Positions 1-14,532 of a stretch of DNA of 64,000 nt are shown in pieces. This DNA is from Setoptus koraiensis (Eukaryota; Animalia; Arthropoda), in the NCBI GenBank assembly GCA_048013815.1, contig CM106585.1, forward strand, positions 11,036,001 to 11,100,000. The letters are read 5' to 3'. Below the pieces are notes generated by a model. It searched no databases. It was not told where the DNA came from and saw only the letters and a program-made list of their open reading frames with translations. Both the position numbers and the translations under genes were made by a program. Numbering within the stretch: the stretch's first letter is position 1; every line of letters begins with the position of its first letter.

Positions 1-1307
1 GCGTGATGTGTTGTGAACAACAATGATGAATAGCAGTAGAGAGAGAGAGAATTGAATTTATTCGCCGAGAAATGGGCGCCCGCCAAGTGCCTGCCAGAGT
101 GCGTTAGTGGCCGTTGGACTTTAACGGTTTGAGTGCTAAAGTGTAGGTCTTTACTGGCTCAAACGGGGGCCCCTCGCAAACGGCCGCAGCGAGCCAGTGA
201 GAATAGGCTTTCAAATGGGAGAAGAAAAATTAATGATCGATTGTTTCTGTCATCCGACAGCACACGAGCGCACTTTGAGCTCTCTTTGGCGGGATGGGGC
301 CCATTCGAAAGGTCTACAATTGCAAGTCGTAAAGTTCAGATTAAATTCGCCAACTGCTATTCAAAGTCGAGCTGTGCCAACCATTCAGTTCAGCTCAGTG
401 TCAGCAACTTGAATGGCAGCTAACTCGAGGTTATAGCCATCGCAATTTACTGCAATGCACCTAATTCAGCTGCTGCCCTGTCTATTAATACATGACACAC
501 AACAGCTAACCAATGCTGCGGTTCCAAAAAAGAACTCCGAATCGGGCCCATTTCGAGCAACTTTCCCTTTCATCCATTTTCTTTCAAAACAATTTGTGTC
601 ATGTTTTCTATCTCGTCCAAGATGCCCAAGCGAAAATCCAGCGTTAAGCCCAAGTGCCCCAAATTCAACCAACTTACGAACTGGGCAGCGTTAGTTGGAC
701 GGACTGTCAATGGGCCACTTTTGGTTCACTTTTGCTGTGAGACTTTTACAGTTGGCTCGTTATTTGGGGCCGCTCACTTCCGGCAAGTTGAATTGTTGCC
801 CGTTTTTTGCCTCATATGTTAATGTCGGCGCTAAGCAGCTGCAAAGGTGACAGGCAAGTACTCCGTCGCCCCTGATCACTGTTACGTAATTGATATTAAT
901 TACGTCAATTAATCGATCGAATCATTTGCGCGGCGTATATTACGCAGCGCAAATTACTCGGAAGCTGGCACCCATCGAGTGAGCTTGACTAAATGTATTT
1001 GCATATTTGCAAATGCTCATTACTTTGTGCTCTAAGTCAGCCCACACTTATACTAACACTGGCTGGTATCATTGTAAAATCAGTTACGGCAACGAGTAAA
1101 TTAATTTTGCATCCACTCGCTCGCTCGAAATAGTCGAGGGCTGGTGCAGCATTCGTTTCAAAATCAGCGATTTGCATTTTCGAAGCTCGTTATACTGTGC
1201 CATATAAAACATTAGTGACATAGCTTGGTTGTTCCGAAAGTTTCGGATTGAAATTCGTGACTGCACGCACTCACGGAATCTCCAGATTGATAGTCTGGTG
1301 TGGATTT

Positions 1308-1378
1308 TCGAATATCCGAATTTCCGAATATCCGAATTTCCGAATTTCGGAATATCCGAATATCCGAATTTCCGAATT
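1308..1378. repeat. Tandem 8-bp repeat (ATCCGAAT/TTCCGAAT), about 9 units
   Basis: Seen directly. Resembles subterminal repeats of hAT-type MITEs, but matching TIRs were not found. Confidence 0.8.
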
Positions 1379-4300
1379 ATTTACAACTATCCGAGTGTTA
1401 GGGCTCGATTTTCTATGTGTCGCCGTTATTTTGTTTGAGTTTCGTTTGACTTACGAGTTCATGAGTCACCTTCGGCAACTTACAAGTGGCATTAGTAGGT
1501 GCCCTCACAAATTGTTAGTTACCATCAATCAGTGACCTCATTCGATACGACCAACGATGTGACCATCGACCATCATAAGTTCGCATAACATAATAATCAT
1601 GGATGTTGGTTTGGCCAAAGTGGCACATTTTAAGTAGTATTGCCGCTGGTGCTGAGTCAAGCCATTTGCCTCGGTACAAGTAGCCCGGTTTGGCCTCATT
1701 TTTAATTTTGACCAAACACTGCTCTCAATGCATTTACTGTTGAATCTGGCGGACAATTTGTCCGACAAGCTTGGTCAGACAGATCAGGACTAGAGTGAGG
1801 CCGTTGGACACACTATAGGGTCACGGGCAATGTCATACTGACTTAGACATGACGATGGTCGATGGTTGTTATGTCGTGTCGTGCTTGCTGAAGTAGTCTA
1901 GACAACTACTCTGCCTCTAAAGCATGCGTCGACCTCTAATGCAAGCATACATTAAAAGAAGAGGCTTGCATAACACTGAATAGTTTGGAGGCCCAATTTT
2001 CAAGACCAATTCGGTTTGGCTATTCCATTTGGTTAAACAACAACAAACAAATTTCGCTTAGTTTGTCAATTTTCTTACTGCACCAAACTCCCAATGCAAA
2101 CTGTCTGAATTCTAGCGCTTATAAGCAGCAAACTGTGCCATACTGTGTGCGACACACACACCTGCCCAGGTAAATAGAGATGAAACACGAAACGCGCATT
2201 ATCTAGACAATCAGCTATTCTGGCAGCGCTGGCCAACACGCCAGACGATATTATGTCGAGCATGCCAGAACAAACAAGCAACGAGTCGAGTTGGCTTCAT
2301 GCAATTCATCATACCAATGTGAATCAGACTGAATCATGTCTGATCAAACTTGAGATGTTTCGCAACACGCAGTGACGTGATTATGTAAAACGGTGACCGG
2401 GCCCATCGTCAGTACATTTCAGCCTGAAACTTTCAGGTGGATAAACGATTTTGCGGGGTGCTCCAGAAAAACTCCAATCGTTCGAGAGCCCATTGTTCGG
2501 CGATTGTCTTATTGGGCTCGCTGGGTGGCAATTTTCGCTGGTTTCGACACAGTGGCCAGTGTCTAAACCGACCAATGCTAATAATATAATTAATTATTCA
2601 TCGCCGGTGACGGCGCGTAATGTTGCAAAATTTGCCTGTGACTTTGTCAAGTGCTGCCACTCGAAGTTAGCTAGTCGGCACTCGAGTCGGCAATATCATT
2701 TCGTGAGCCGAATCGGCTCAACTGTGTGTAGCGCGCGCGCGCCACAACAGCATCGCGATAGCTGAGGCCAATGGGACCAGATTCGGTAGGCTGTCATTAC
2801 AATATCGACAGATTATATCGTCGTTTTGTTACACAACACGACAGACGACCGGTTGTTGCGTAACTTCCGTTGCGTTGTCCATTAGTGCTACTTTATTAGT
2901 GCTATAGTTTATTGCTAATAAATTAGCATCAGCATCAGCATCAGTATTGGTGGTGGTGCCATGAATAGTGTCAGTGGCGGCAACAATCACAGTTTATTAC
3001 ATCATTTATTATTATTATTTATGCTATATGGCTATAGTTGTGTGAAGCAGGGTATATATAGCAAAGACTCTTTACCAAAGAGGGCACATTCAAGGTAGCT
3101 GATGACCGGGTGTGTGAGGCAATGTGAGGTACACTCCAAGACCCTGGCCAGTGTAAGGTACCCGACGAGCCTGTACCTGTGCGAAATGGCCTCAAGTCGT
3201 CGATAGTCGAAAGTGAGTTGCGTAAGTGGGAGCGACTATTTGTGATACCGGCGAACAAGCATTTATTTCGACCTAATAAATGTCCGTTTTGCCTGTTTGA
3301 ACGGACATTCATTTTTCCGGTGGGCCGGCAGGTTGGATTGGAGAGCCGAGAGCGCAAGAAGAAGATGGACAGTGTGTGATAAAAAGAAGGCGCGTATAAA
3401 AGTGTTTATATGGTGGCAACAATGTAAAAGTAACTGTTTATTTCAATCGCGTGCCAACATATCGCGTGGCACAATTGTGTGGCTTACTCATTTCGGTTGG
3501 CACGCAATACCGATTTGGCAATTTGCCCATCGCACCGACAGCAACAGCGCCACCAGCATGGCACTTTGCTGTTTGGCTGCCTGCGAAAAGAGCCGCTTCT
3601 TTCGCACGTTCTTTTCGGCCAGGTGAGCGGCGGACCTCGGATCACTAGCTGTCCGCTAGTAGCGCCTGATCGAGGTAGCTCTCATCTACTAGCGATTGGC
3701 TAGCGGCAGCAGCAGCGAACAAGCTCGATGCGCCATCCAAGAAGTGTGATGGCAAAGTGCGAATCAGGTAAGCGGCCAGCGGGTGAGCGAGCTGTCAGTG
3801 GGCAATATTGTTTTATCTGGCTAGATGGACAATCATCACGAAGGCTTGCTTGGCGCCAGTTGGGGCCCCACCGTTGGCTTCTGTTGGGCAGTGTGCTGTG
3901 TTGCTTGTTATGTTGTTTATTATTATTCGTGGCTGTTGTTTGTTGTTTGGCCGCTGCCTGGCCAACGGCTGATTGGCAATCGATGGCAAGCTGTCTTATT
4001 TGCAAACTGCCAAGCGAACGACCAGATCAAATAAACAATGTTCATCCATCATGTAGCGCCAGCCAGACCCAGCCAGACACGACAAGCCTCTTGCGGCAAC
4101 AATCTTGCCACTTGGCAGCTCCATCTGCAGCTCGCAGCCAGCAATTAATCAAACAGCTGACACGGAGTGGACGTCAGAAGGTGATATGACAGCTCGCTGC
4201 TACTGGCCAGCCGAAGAAGCGGCCGTTGCACGTGCGTCAATCTCTGTCAATCAAATCGTTATTATTATTGTTATTTTCGCGATCGACACCCAAGCAGCAG

Positions 4301-5579
4301 TTGCAATCTAACCGAGTTGGCACAATCGAAAACTCCTCTCGACGCCTATGGGTCATTTTTGAAACCAAAGTTGCAAAACTTTCGGAGCTCTTTCAACTTT
4401 GGTGTCTCAACAAAAACAAAACAGTGACAGCGAGCGACAGGGCATTGGCATCGATCGGCCGTCGGTACGATTCGAACCTCGCACATATTTGCCCATTTGA
4501 TGCAAATGCAGCGCCACACAGACAGACAGGTTGTCGTCTTATCATCACCATCATGACGACCATGATGAGTGCGATGACGGGCCCGATGAATTGAAGCGAC
4601 ACAAGCGCTTAGATTTGGCCTCAAGCAGCTCAAGTTTGCTTTCGGTTATTTTTATTCGAGCTCGTCATCACTACATAAATAACGCGCGGAGTTTATTAGG
4701 CCCCCGTTATTTCTGCGTTTCCTTTCCAGTTGTTTCAATTCGTTTTCATTTGTTCCAATTCGTTTCGAATAGTTTTTGCTTTCTTTGCGCTGCAGCTTAT
4801 TGTACTTTGTTTCTTTTCTGCTATTTCGTTTCTATCTTCTTTTCGTTTTTTTTTGCGCCTCCTTTCACACAGCAACAACCAACGGCAATAACCGGCACTC
4901 ATTGAGGCGTGAGCAGCAGCCACTGGCAGTAGACACAACAATGGCGCAGACAAAAACAAAAGCAAAACCAAGTCGGTTTGGTTGTAGTGCCCACCCAAGA
5001 CGGAATTAAATCGTCCTCGAGTCGGCCCAATTTTGCCCTATTGATCCTTCGCTGCCGGCCAACTCGATCAGACCCGGTCCGGTCCGATTCGATTCGGCCC
5101 GATCCATTCCTATCCGAATAAGCGATGTTTCGCTGGGCACAGCCGCTAGCAGTTGCGCACCAGCGACTAGAATATTTCTCTAGATTATTTCTCGCATCAC
5201 CACCAACAATTGTTTGGTGCCTGTAAAATTGATCAAGCCAATTTCGGCATACCTTGCAGTGCCTTCGCTCACTGGCTATAGCCAATAGACAGACAATAGG
5301 TAGACAGAAATGGTGCGCGAGATGATAATTTTCGGCCAACTTGTATTCGCTTTTTTTTTCTATTCGTTTCCAAAGTAGATTACTTGTGCCATTACAGCCA
5401 GCTCGGCTATCAAGTTAACCGAGTGAACACATCCCTAAGTGAGTGAGCGAGCGATAGATAATCTAATCCCGCTCGATAAATTCTAGAAATTCGCTATCGA
5501 CGTTAATTCAAAAGAACGCGCAACACAAATGATAGGCGCTCTTTTCCAAATTCCAATTCACCTACCACTGCCATCACCT

Positions 5580-5660
5580 ATATAAAGTGATATAAAACGA
5601 TATAAAGTGAGAGTCTGTTTGTGTGACACAATTCGTTTCAATTGTCGCACTATTTCATTT
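5580..5660 (+). promoter_or_regulatory. Possible core promoter: three TATAAA-like motifs followed by TCAATT/TCATT Inr-like sites
   Basis: cctatataaagtgatataaaacgatataaagtgag, about 2.7 kb upstream of the gprs ATG. No transcript evidence. Confidence 0.25.
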
Positions 5661-7547
5661 AGTTTGTTTTCTGTAGACTTGTGTAGCAAACTGTATACTA
5701 GTGTCAAAGTTAGCCAAAGTGTTGCAAATAATTTCCGCCTGTAGCCACAACTACACTTCTAGGAAAATCGTTAAAGCATAGTGTGCCGCATTAGCCGCAA
5801 GACGGAGGACAGGCAGCCAGAAGAGAGGCTTCAATGAAAATCAATTCAATAACAAAAAATTACATTGATTCCATTGTGTTATTACAGCTTGGCGAGCTCG
5901 CGACCACTCGGCTCACCTGATGGCGCGCGCCGCGTAGCGCTTATTGGTTAACTGTTAGCTGGCGAAACTGTTATTGAGAGTCGCGAGCTCGCCAAGCTGT
6001 AATAACACAATGGAACACTGTGTGACAGGTTGGGGCCAATGATTGATGACAAGCTGGCTGTTTCCGTCAACAATTCACTTGTTAGGCGCCAGCTAGAGGC
6101 CCTTTGCCCCTTGCGAGCCAGTGTTTCACTTGGCATTATTGCCATTCTCATCATTGATATCATTATTATAATCGAAAGATCCCTCGTTTCTTTTTTCTTT
6201 CGTTTTTCGCTCTCGCCACCCATGGATTTGCCTTTAACTCAAATGGACAAGAGAGAAAAAAAAAACAAGTTGCTTTCGATGAATTAGCCCTCACTACTTA
6301 ACACTGGCTAGTTGGACGTGGCCACTTCCGGTCTGCTATCTATAACCAGCGCCACTAGTGATGGAATTGTATTAGCGACCACAGTTACAATTATCGCGCA
6401 AACCGGAAGTTGGTCACGCTCACCGCAGCCAATTAATGGTTGGCGAGAACATCGTTCTCGACGAGAATATATTCGCCAATGTTGCCGAATGTAAAAGGTC
6501 GCTCGCTGACAATCAATACTTGTCTATACTGTGTCGATCCCCCAACAAGCAATCTTGAGACACCAAACCGAAATACATTTTGCGATATATACTGATCCGA
6601 GCAAAAATCGCGTCGATTCGTTAGCTAGCTGTGCTTTATTTATGAAAATGGTGGGTGCATTAGTTATTCTGCTGGCTCGTGCATATAAGCACGGTATTGC
6701 AGTATTTCGTGAAATTGATGGCCTCATTTGGGGCGCATTATGTGTCGCTCCGAAAAGTTGTCGAGAATCGATCGGCTGTCAACTACGGTAGCTTATGTTC
6801 GTTCACCTGTAACTGTTTTTGCGCGCATTACTCTTTATACTCTTGTTGTTGTTTGCTCTATGGATTCGCTCTTGTTCGTCGTGTGCCTCCTATTATTTCC
6901 TGATTGACTTCCTGCTGATTAATCTATCCATCGCCATCCAATGCGACTCAATCCAATGTGTGAGTGCTTTTTTCCATCATGCTGGCTAATACCAATGGAT
7001 ACGAAACAGTACACGCTAGACACACGCGCAAAATCTTGGCCATTACAGCGTGCACCATCCGATCCATTGTTGCCGATCTATCTATAGCTCAAATGGAAGA
7101 ATTGTTGGCGAGAGAATTCGCACCACGTTGCTCTAAATATATCAATGAACTCTTGTTTTTGTCGTCATTTTGTTACCGCTCGCTTGCCAGCGAGCACCGC
7201 GTTGGCCAAAGTTTAATTAGATTGTTTTGGCTACTGTTTAATATGATGTCACTTTTGCTATATATATGTATCAACTTTAACACAATTCGTATACAATATA
7301 AATGTTTGCAGAAGGTACGCGATTCACAACAGCTATGGTCAGCCCCAGCGAAGCCAGTGTTGACAGTTTGTTGGAGCTTCCAAATCTTTCAGAAATTGTT
7401 ATCTAATAATGTTGATCAAGCTAACTTGAATTGTATCGCAACCTTGTGCTAAGTTAGATTGTGCCATCATAACTCACAAAGCGAAACTCGCCAACATCTG
7501 ATGATGTGCAGCGTCCACTAGTGATGGCATCCGAACAATTGACTAAG

Positions 7548-7615
7548 CAACTTTACCGTTAACTAATCAACTTTACCGTTAACTAATCAACTTTACCGTT
7601 AATTAATTAACTTCA
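7548..7615. repeat. 20-bp tandem repeat CAACTTTACCGTTAACTAAT, about 3.5 copies
   Basis: Seen directly. Confidence 0.85.
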
Positions 7616-8307
7616 CCGCCAACTTAACAGGTACATTAATGGTCCGAAAACGAAAAAACGTTCCTGTGAATAGCGGAATACTGGAAAGAAGAGACAAACC
7701 TATCGAACCGACTGAATGGAGCGCCTGCACTTCAGCTGCACAGCGATGACAAATCCAGCAAAGAAAAATTCAATCTCAATTGGCGAAACCTTCAACGAAT
7801 CACAACTCAAACGACCAACTGACCCCCAGTAGTGGCCCGTTAACGTGTCCAGTAGTTTTGCGACGAAATTGTGCTAAATTTTCAAATCCGTTATCTGGTC
7901 TCAGTTTAAACTGCTGAACTGAGCTGTTTGTGATCAACTGTTACTTTGGGTATTTGTGTGTCTGTTGTGATAGTAGCGTTATCAGTGATACTTGTCAGAC
8001 ATGTCCCATCCATTAAACAATCCAGACAAAAATCTATTGAAATTACATCATCAATACAGCAATATCAGCAGAATACAATGCTCACAAAGTATTAGTGTCG
8101 CGACACCCAATCTGATGCAAATCGCGCCAGTAGAGCATCAAAAAGAAAAAATTGTCAACTCAAATGAATTTGATTTAACTTGATCAAAATAGCACCTTAA
8201 TCTTGATAAACGAATAGAGAGAGAGATAGATAGAAAAAACGTCACAACGAAACAGCAACAAACGAAACAAAACATTGAGCTTGATGAATGGGCGCAGGCA
8301 TGATTGA

Positions 8308-11300
8308 ATGAGTGTTGCCGCCATGATTAATGAAATAAATGTCAGTGAAACAAGTGAACAAGAATCAACACAATTCCAGCAGCGACAGAATCCGCATGAG
8401 GGCAACGAAAATCGAAATAGACAACAACACGAACAACACGATATTGGTGACAATTTCAACGGGGCCAAGTGGCAAGAAGAAACCTACTCCTCGGACAATT
8501 TCACTAAACAACAGCAGCAATCTGCTTTTGAGCGCGCTGGCGTGGCCTTAAACCGATCAGATAATAATAATAATAATAATAACCGCTACACAACCGACAT
8601 CAACAGTGGGCACACCGGAAGTGCACCCGCTGCTGCTGCTTTGATGGAACTGCCGACAATATCGCCAAGTCCAAGCAAGCAGCATCAACAGAAACAGTCA
8701 ATTCAGCAACAACAACAACAACAGCAACCACAACAGTCGACGTTCACAAAATCTCCAGTGCGTCGTCGACTTTTGGCGCGCTGGTCCACCTTAATTGGAC
8801 ACCAGCAGCCCCAGCAGCATCAGAGTTCACAGCAAACACAAGACGAGCTTGCCAGCGCGCAGCCGACACCAGCGACACCAACGCAGACAGACAGCAACTA
8901 CAACTATTCTAGCGAGAGCCCAGTGGCGAGCGGCACCGGTCCAGTAGCGGCCAATATGGGCAATTGTCCATTGAGGCAGCGCCAGCACCAACAAAAAGCA
9001 ACCAGAGCTGACAAGACAAGCGCAAAACCAACTGCAACCTGTTCAAAATCGCCCGACGATTATGGAGGCGTGTACGCGGGCGAATTGGACACTGAGCCGG
9101 CATCGCCGACGCGGCGGATGCAGTGCGAAAATACCCAACATTCCAAGGCTAGCCAGCCAGCTACAAAACTAGCAACTACTGGCAGCGCCAGCAAAGACGA
9201 TAATGATCGTAGAGACGACCATAAGCCAGATAATGATACTAATAGTAAGAATGATAATTGTCGCAAAGTCGACACAAAATTATCCGCTACCCGATGTGAC
9301 AGTGCGACGAAGGTGCCAAACGAGAGGCGCCAGCAGCAACAAACGGCGCCCGACACAAGCAAGGGTCTGTTTTCTACGAGCAACGAAACCGTGTCCAATT
9401 TATTGTCCGCTATATCTTTTCAGAAGCTGGCCTCGTCTACTAGGTCCATATTTCATCAGGTAGTCAAGCCAGAGCAGACACCAGCAACAATTAATAGCAA
9501 CAGCAATGAGCAACAAGACGGCTCCGACAACAGGCCCAGCACCAGCAAATGGGCCCATTTTGGGTCCAAATTGAGCAGCGATGATCAAGATTCTAGCACC
9601 ACTGTGACCACTGTTAAATTGAGCAAAACTGGCTACCTGAACCAGAAGAGGGCCAACTTTCAGCGCACCATTAGCCAGGCGTGGTCGCCCAGCAAGACAA
9701 GTGCCACTAGCAAGCACAAGTCGGCTCAGCAGAGGCTCAAAATGTCATGTGATAATGTAGACGACATCTATTCAGCCACAACGAGCAAATCAGCAGAGAA
9801 ACAAGAGGCCAATGAGCAAGCGAATGCAACAGTGACAAACAGACTGAGTAAGAAGGGCCCCAGAGAGCGCTGCGACACAGCGCAGCAGCTCGACGAGCAC
9901 GAGAACCGGAAATCAGCCGTGCCGACAATGCAAGATGGGGCGATGGGTGGCCGATTTGCAGCAGCAGCAACGGAACAGCAGCATTTATGTAACAGCGAGA
10001 AGCGGCAAAATAGCGGCGGCACCGGCAACAATCAATCGTCGTCGTCGTTTGTGCAATTGACAACAAACGGAGACGACGATTATGAGTCGATACTCACAGT
10101 GCAAACAATAACAACAATTGCCACTCACAACATGCAACAACCGGGCGACTATTCGCAGGCCAAAGAAGAATGCGATGATGACGTAATTGAGGCTCATGTT
10201 GTTGCGTCATCGTCGCCACAGCCAACAACACAACCGCAACAGCAGTCGCACATTCGTGTCCAGCAGCAGCCAGATCGTAACCATCCATCCATCCAGTCGC
10301 AACAACAGCAGCAACAACAGCAACAACAGCAACAACAGCAACAACAGCAACAACAGCAACAACAGCAACAACAGCAACTACAGCAGCAACAACAGCAACA
10401 ACAGCAACAACAAGAAAAAGAAAACGAGGAATATCAGCGACAAACGAGCCAATGTGCAGCCAGTGTGCCTATTGGAAGAAAGAAATCGCTGAGAAAATCG
10501 CTGCGTTCATCGATCAAGCGCAAACTGGGCCTCGGTTCGGCCAACGTCAAGTCGCCATCGCAGCTCTCAACGGCGGCCAACAACCAGCAACAGCTGACAA
10601 ATAACAACAATTCCGATACGCCAAACAGTCAGTGTAGCGGCAGCAGCAGAGTTAGCTGCACCAATAGCAGTAAACAAGCAGTTGAAAGGGGCCAATCTGA
10701 GGCGCCAGCAGCCGAGTTTGGGTCGCCCTCTAGTTGCAAGTCGCGCAGTCATAGACACAATTGGACCAGGTTGATCACTAGTAGCAGCAGCAAAAAAGGG
10801 GGCGCCGAAAACAATTTCGGAGGTTCCGTCAGTGAAAAGTGTTCGCCTTCGCTCACTCAAAGCAAACAGGACAGCAAAGCGGAAGGCATGAAGCCCGTGA
10901 AAAAGTCCTCATACGAAGAGGCCATCGATTGCGACGAGCGGTTAGAGGTTCTCGTGCTACCTAGCAACAAGTTGCCACATGAACAACAAGAACAACAGCA
11001 CCCGTCCATAGTCTATGGGGGCGACAGCCACAAGTGGGCCGAGTCTGCCATAGAGGCGTCGCCCATAGACACAACAGGCGGCCACCAAGCGGCCAGCGGC
11101 AAGCAACACGACGAAGCAGCGGGCACACCGAAGTCGGTCACAAGCAGCGCCCCCACACAGTCGACACCCAAATTGGCCAAGATACAACGAACCGATTCTA
11201 GCATTGAGAGCTTTATGCAGCGAGTGGGCATAAAGAAAATGCGCAAAAAGGAGCCCCAAACACAAACAACAACAACAACAACAGATAGCCCAACGCAATC

Positions 11301-14300
11301 GTCATCGTGGCTGAAAAGAGACAAACGCCAAAAGTCGTTGCCGTACGGAGGCGCTGGCGTTGATACAAAACAATCGCCACTGACCACAACCAACAAGCAG
11401 GCAGTTGGCGATAACAGCCAGCAGGCGCTCGCTAGGCAAATAAGCAACGACGCAACAACAACAAAGACAACAAGCGACTGCCTAGTGCCCGTCAAGCAAC
11501 CGGGCACCGCTGCTTATCAGCAGCACAAGCAACTTGCCGCATTGGCGAGCGCCGGCATTTCCGGTCAATCGGTCAGCGGCCATCCGTTGGCAGCGGGCTC
11601 CTCTAGTCCCGATCCCGAGAAAACGCAGCCGGGCAGCCCGAGAAAGTCCGCTTGGGCAGTTACACAGCACGCGGGCACTTACATTTATTCGGCGTCGCCG
11701 CCGCCGCCAACGGGCGACACCGGCGCGGCCGCAACATTTGCCAGGGCATCCACTGACCAGCCAATGATAAAGGTGGGCTCAGAGGGCAACAATTTGGCCA
11801 AGTCGTGCGCCTCTACCGCCACCACGCCCACGGCGGCCGCGCAAAGTAACCGGATGAGCAGCTTCAAGAAACTGGTGTCTCGCCAGCCCTCCGTGGACAG
11901 CTACAGAATGGCCAGGGATCTGAAGAACAAGCAACGCAAGGAGCAGCAACAAAGCCAACAGAAACACCAGAGCAACGAGTCGATAAAGCCGTCGCAGCAG
12001 CAACAGCAACAAAGCATCAACAACAGTAAGCAAACGTCTAGACAGGTGAGAAATCTCAACGGCAGCGCAACGGCGTCGCTGACCAACATTGGTGCGGACA
12101 GCAACATTGTCCCGGCGACTTTAGGGTCGCGCGTGGCCCGGGAGCCGCATTTTGGCGGTGGCGGCGGCGGCAGCGGCGGTCAAACGCGCCAAACTGGCAA
12201 CAAGCAATCGGGCGCCAACAAGACAACAACGACGAGCCACGACAAGACAGGCGCCGGCAGCAAGCCGCCGGTCGCCGGCCAACAAGTGGGCATTCTCATT
12301 GACCCGTACGCGGCACCGGGTACCTTTACGTTGCCGGGCAGCAATTCGCTGCTAGACGCGGTAGATTGTACCTCCATATCGGCGGTATCTAGCAAGGTGA
12401 TTCAATTGCCCACCAAAAGTGCCTCTGCCAAACAAGCGAAACCACCCAATACCCTGGCTATGGTACTGAACAACAACAACAGCAGCAACAGCAACAACAA
12501 CGGCAACAATAGTGGCAAACAATTGCCAATACCGCTAGACAACAACGCCGGCCTCCTAGGAACTGCCAAGGGCACTTTGGGTGCCCCGCCGCCCTTTGTG
12601 GTGGGCACTTTCAGCGGAAGTATCACGCCCACATATGGTCAAGCTAGCGCGTTGGCCCTAAATGCGGGCGTTAGCAATGCCACATGGAAGAATATAATCA
12701 AAGAGGGCTACAGTAACAGCAACAATTCATCACAATCAAATGGAAACGGATTATCGACGGCCGCGACCAATGGCGGTGCCCCGTACACGAACGGCTCCAC
12801 TCAAGCCGGAAATCAGTCATTGAGTACGGGTGGCACGGGTAACACCAGCAGTCATAGCAACAGCAACAGCAGCGGCGCCGCCGCCGCAAATCAACAAAAT
12901 GTGCCAAGTTGTCAAACTAACGCCAGAAACGGCAGCAACAACAACAACAACAACAACAGCGCCACCAACAACAACAATAATCTGGACGGAAACGGATCAG
13001 TGAACGCAGGTAGACATGGAAGTTGGAGTCAGACGGCCACTATAAACGTTCAGAATGGTCAGACGCAACTGAAAAAGTACAGCAACGCGTCCACTATTTC
13101 GTCGCTAGGTGGCCTGGTTACAACGGGCTCCATGACGGGCACACCGTTTGGCGGTGTGTCGGGTGCGGGCGGGGGCGTGCCGTCGCCGCACCCGGCCACA
13201 AGTGACTACTCGATATCGGAGGTGAGCGACAGCCGGTGCCGGTCGTCGTTGGCCAGCGCCAGCGACTCCGGAATGGGCATCAATCACATACAGACAGGCC
13301 AAACTCCGGCCCAGTTGACTCTGGCCGCGGCCAAGGCGGCCGCCCAAGCCGAATCCATTTACGACAACAAATCTGGCCTGGGCGAAGATATGAAATTTTT
13401 GGCCTCATTGCCCGAACTGTGCGATATAACATTTTTGGTGGGCGAGACGCGCGAACCCGTGTGCGCCGTCAAGTCCGTACTGGCCGCCCGAAGCAGGTAA
13501 GTTGGTGCCGTTAGTGCGGCCCCCGTGTTGTATTGCCGGCGCCATGTAAGGGGCGCCAAATATTTGCTTAATGTTTGTTTGTCGCTCTGGTGGCCGGTTT
13601 TGTCATGTTGTCGCTAGTTAGGTGCGTTGCTTTGTGTGTGTGTGTCTGATCTATCACCGTTAGCTTGGGCTTGTTTCGGTTGTTCGTGGGTGCCCGTGGC
13701 CCCAGAGGCCCAGTTGTGCGGCTCCATCTATCACGACTGCAATGATATAAATAAAGAGTTGCTGCTATTAAACTTATCATCACTCATAGTCAGTCTGTTG
13801 TGTGTTCGGATAGGCGCACCGAATCGCCGGGGCGCCCCAACGAATGGGTGCAACGTTGAACGGCTCGCGCCCTAGGTAAACAGCTAACAAGCAAGATAAA
13901 CACAAATATACTATTATTATCCTGACAAACGCACACACGGTGATAGATGGTCAGCAGAAATCACAACAGCGCCAGCAACAGCACGTAGTAGTCACTGACT
14001 ATGTCATCACTATCGCTAGTGGCGTTGAGCATGTAGAAATATGACTCACTGCTGATGATATGATGATGATGATGCCTATCTCGTAATATACGACCAAATA
14101 TCTGCCTATTTATCTGGCCGAGATTGACTGCCATGCGTTGTGCATACGCATCGCATCGCATTGTATCGCGCTCCTCAATCACGGCAATCATTCATCATCA
14201 TGTAAACACACACATAATTCGGGCAGATATCAAAATAAATATAAATGGCAAGCTTGTTATTCAAAGCAAACCGTCAGCTACGCTCAGCCGGCCTCTTAAA

Positions 14301-14497
14301 TAAGTGCCCGCTGAATAAACAGTTGCTGCACCAGATAGTGTGACCGTGTTTGGATATGTGAGCGATCTGGCTGGCACTGTCAAATTGAATCAATTAGATG
14401 CATTTTATTCATCTCACACGCCCTCTAATGCACAACGCCACCGCCGCCATGTGGAGCAAATCCGACAAATGGACTCTCTTTTTATCTCCAACTCCAA

Positions 14498-14532
<35 letters not shown>

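Noticed and set aside
6352-7528. CCACTAGTGATGG repeated at about 6352 and 7516, resembling a hAT terminus
   Set aside because: Both copies are in the same orientation, and no inverted partner or TSD was found.
1-8300. Many 60-160-aa ORFs upstream of gprs (e.g. 3728-4189, 4899-5339, 6964-7452)
   Set aside because: They overlap on both strands, are low-complexity or microsatellite-derived, have no recognisable domain or splice support, and many use non-ATG starts.
8900-13560. Antisense and alternative-frame ORFs inside gprs exon 1
   Set aside because: Shadows of CAA/CAG/AAC-rich coding sequence (poly-L, poly-C, poly-V).
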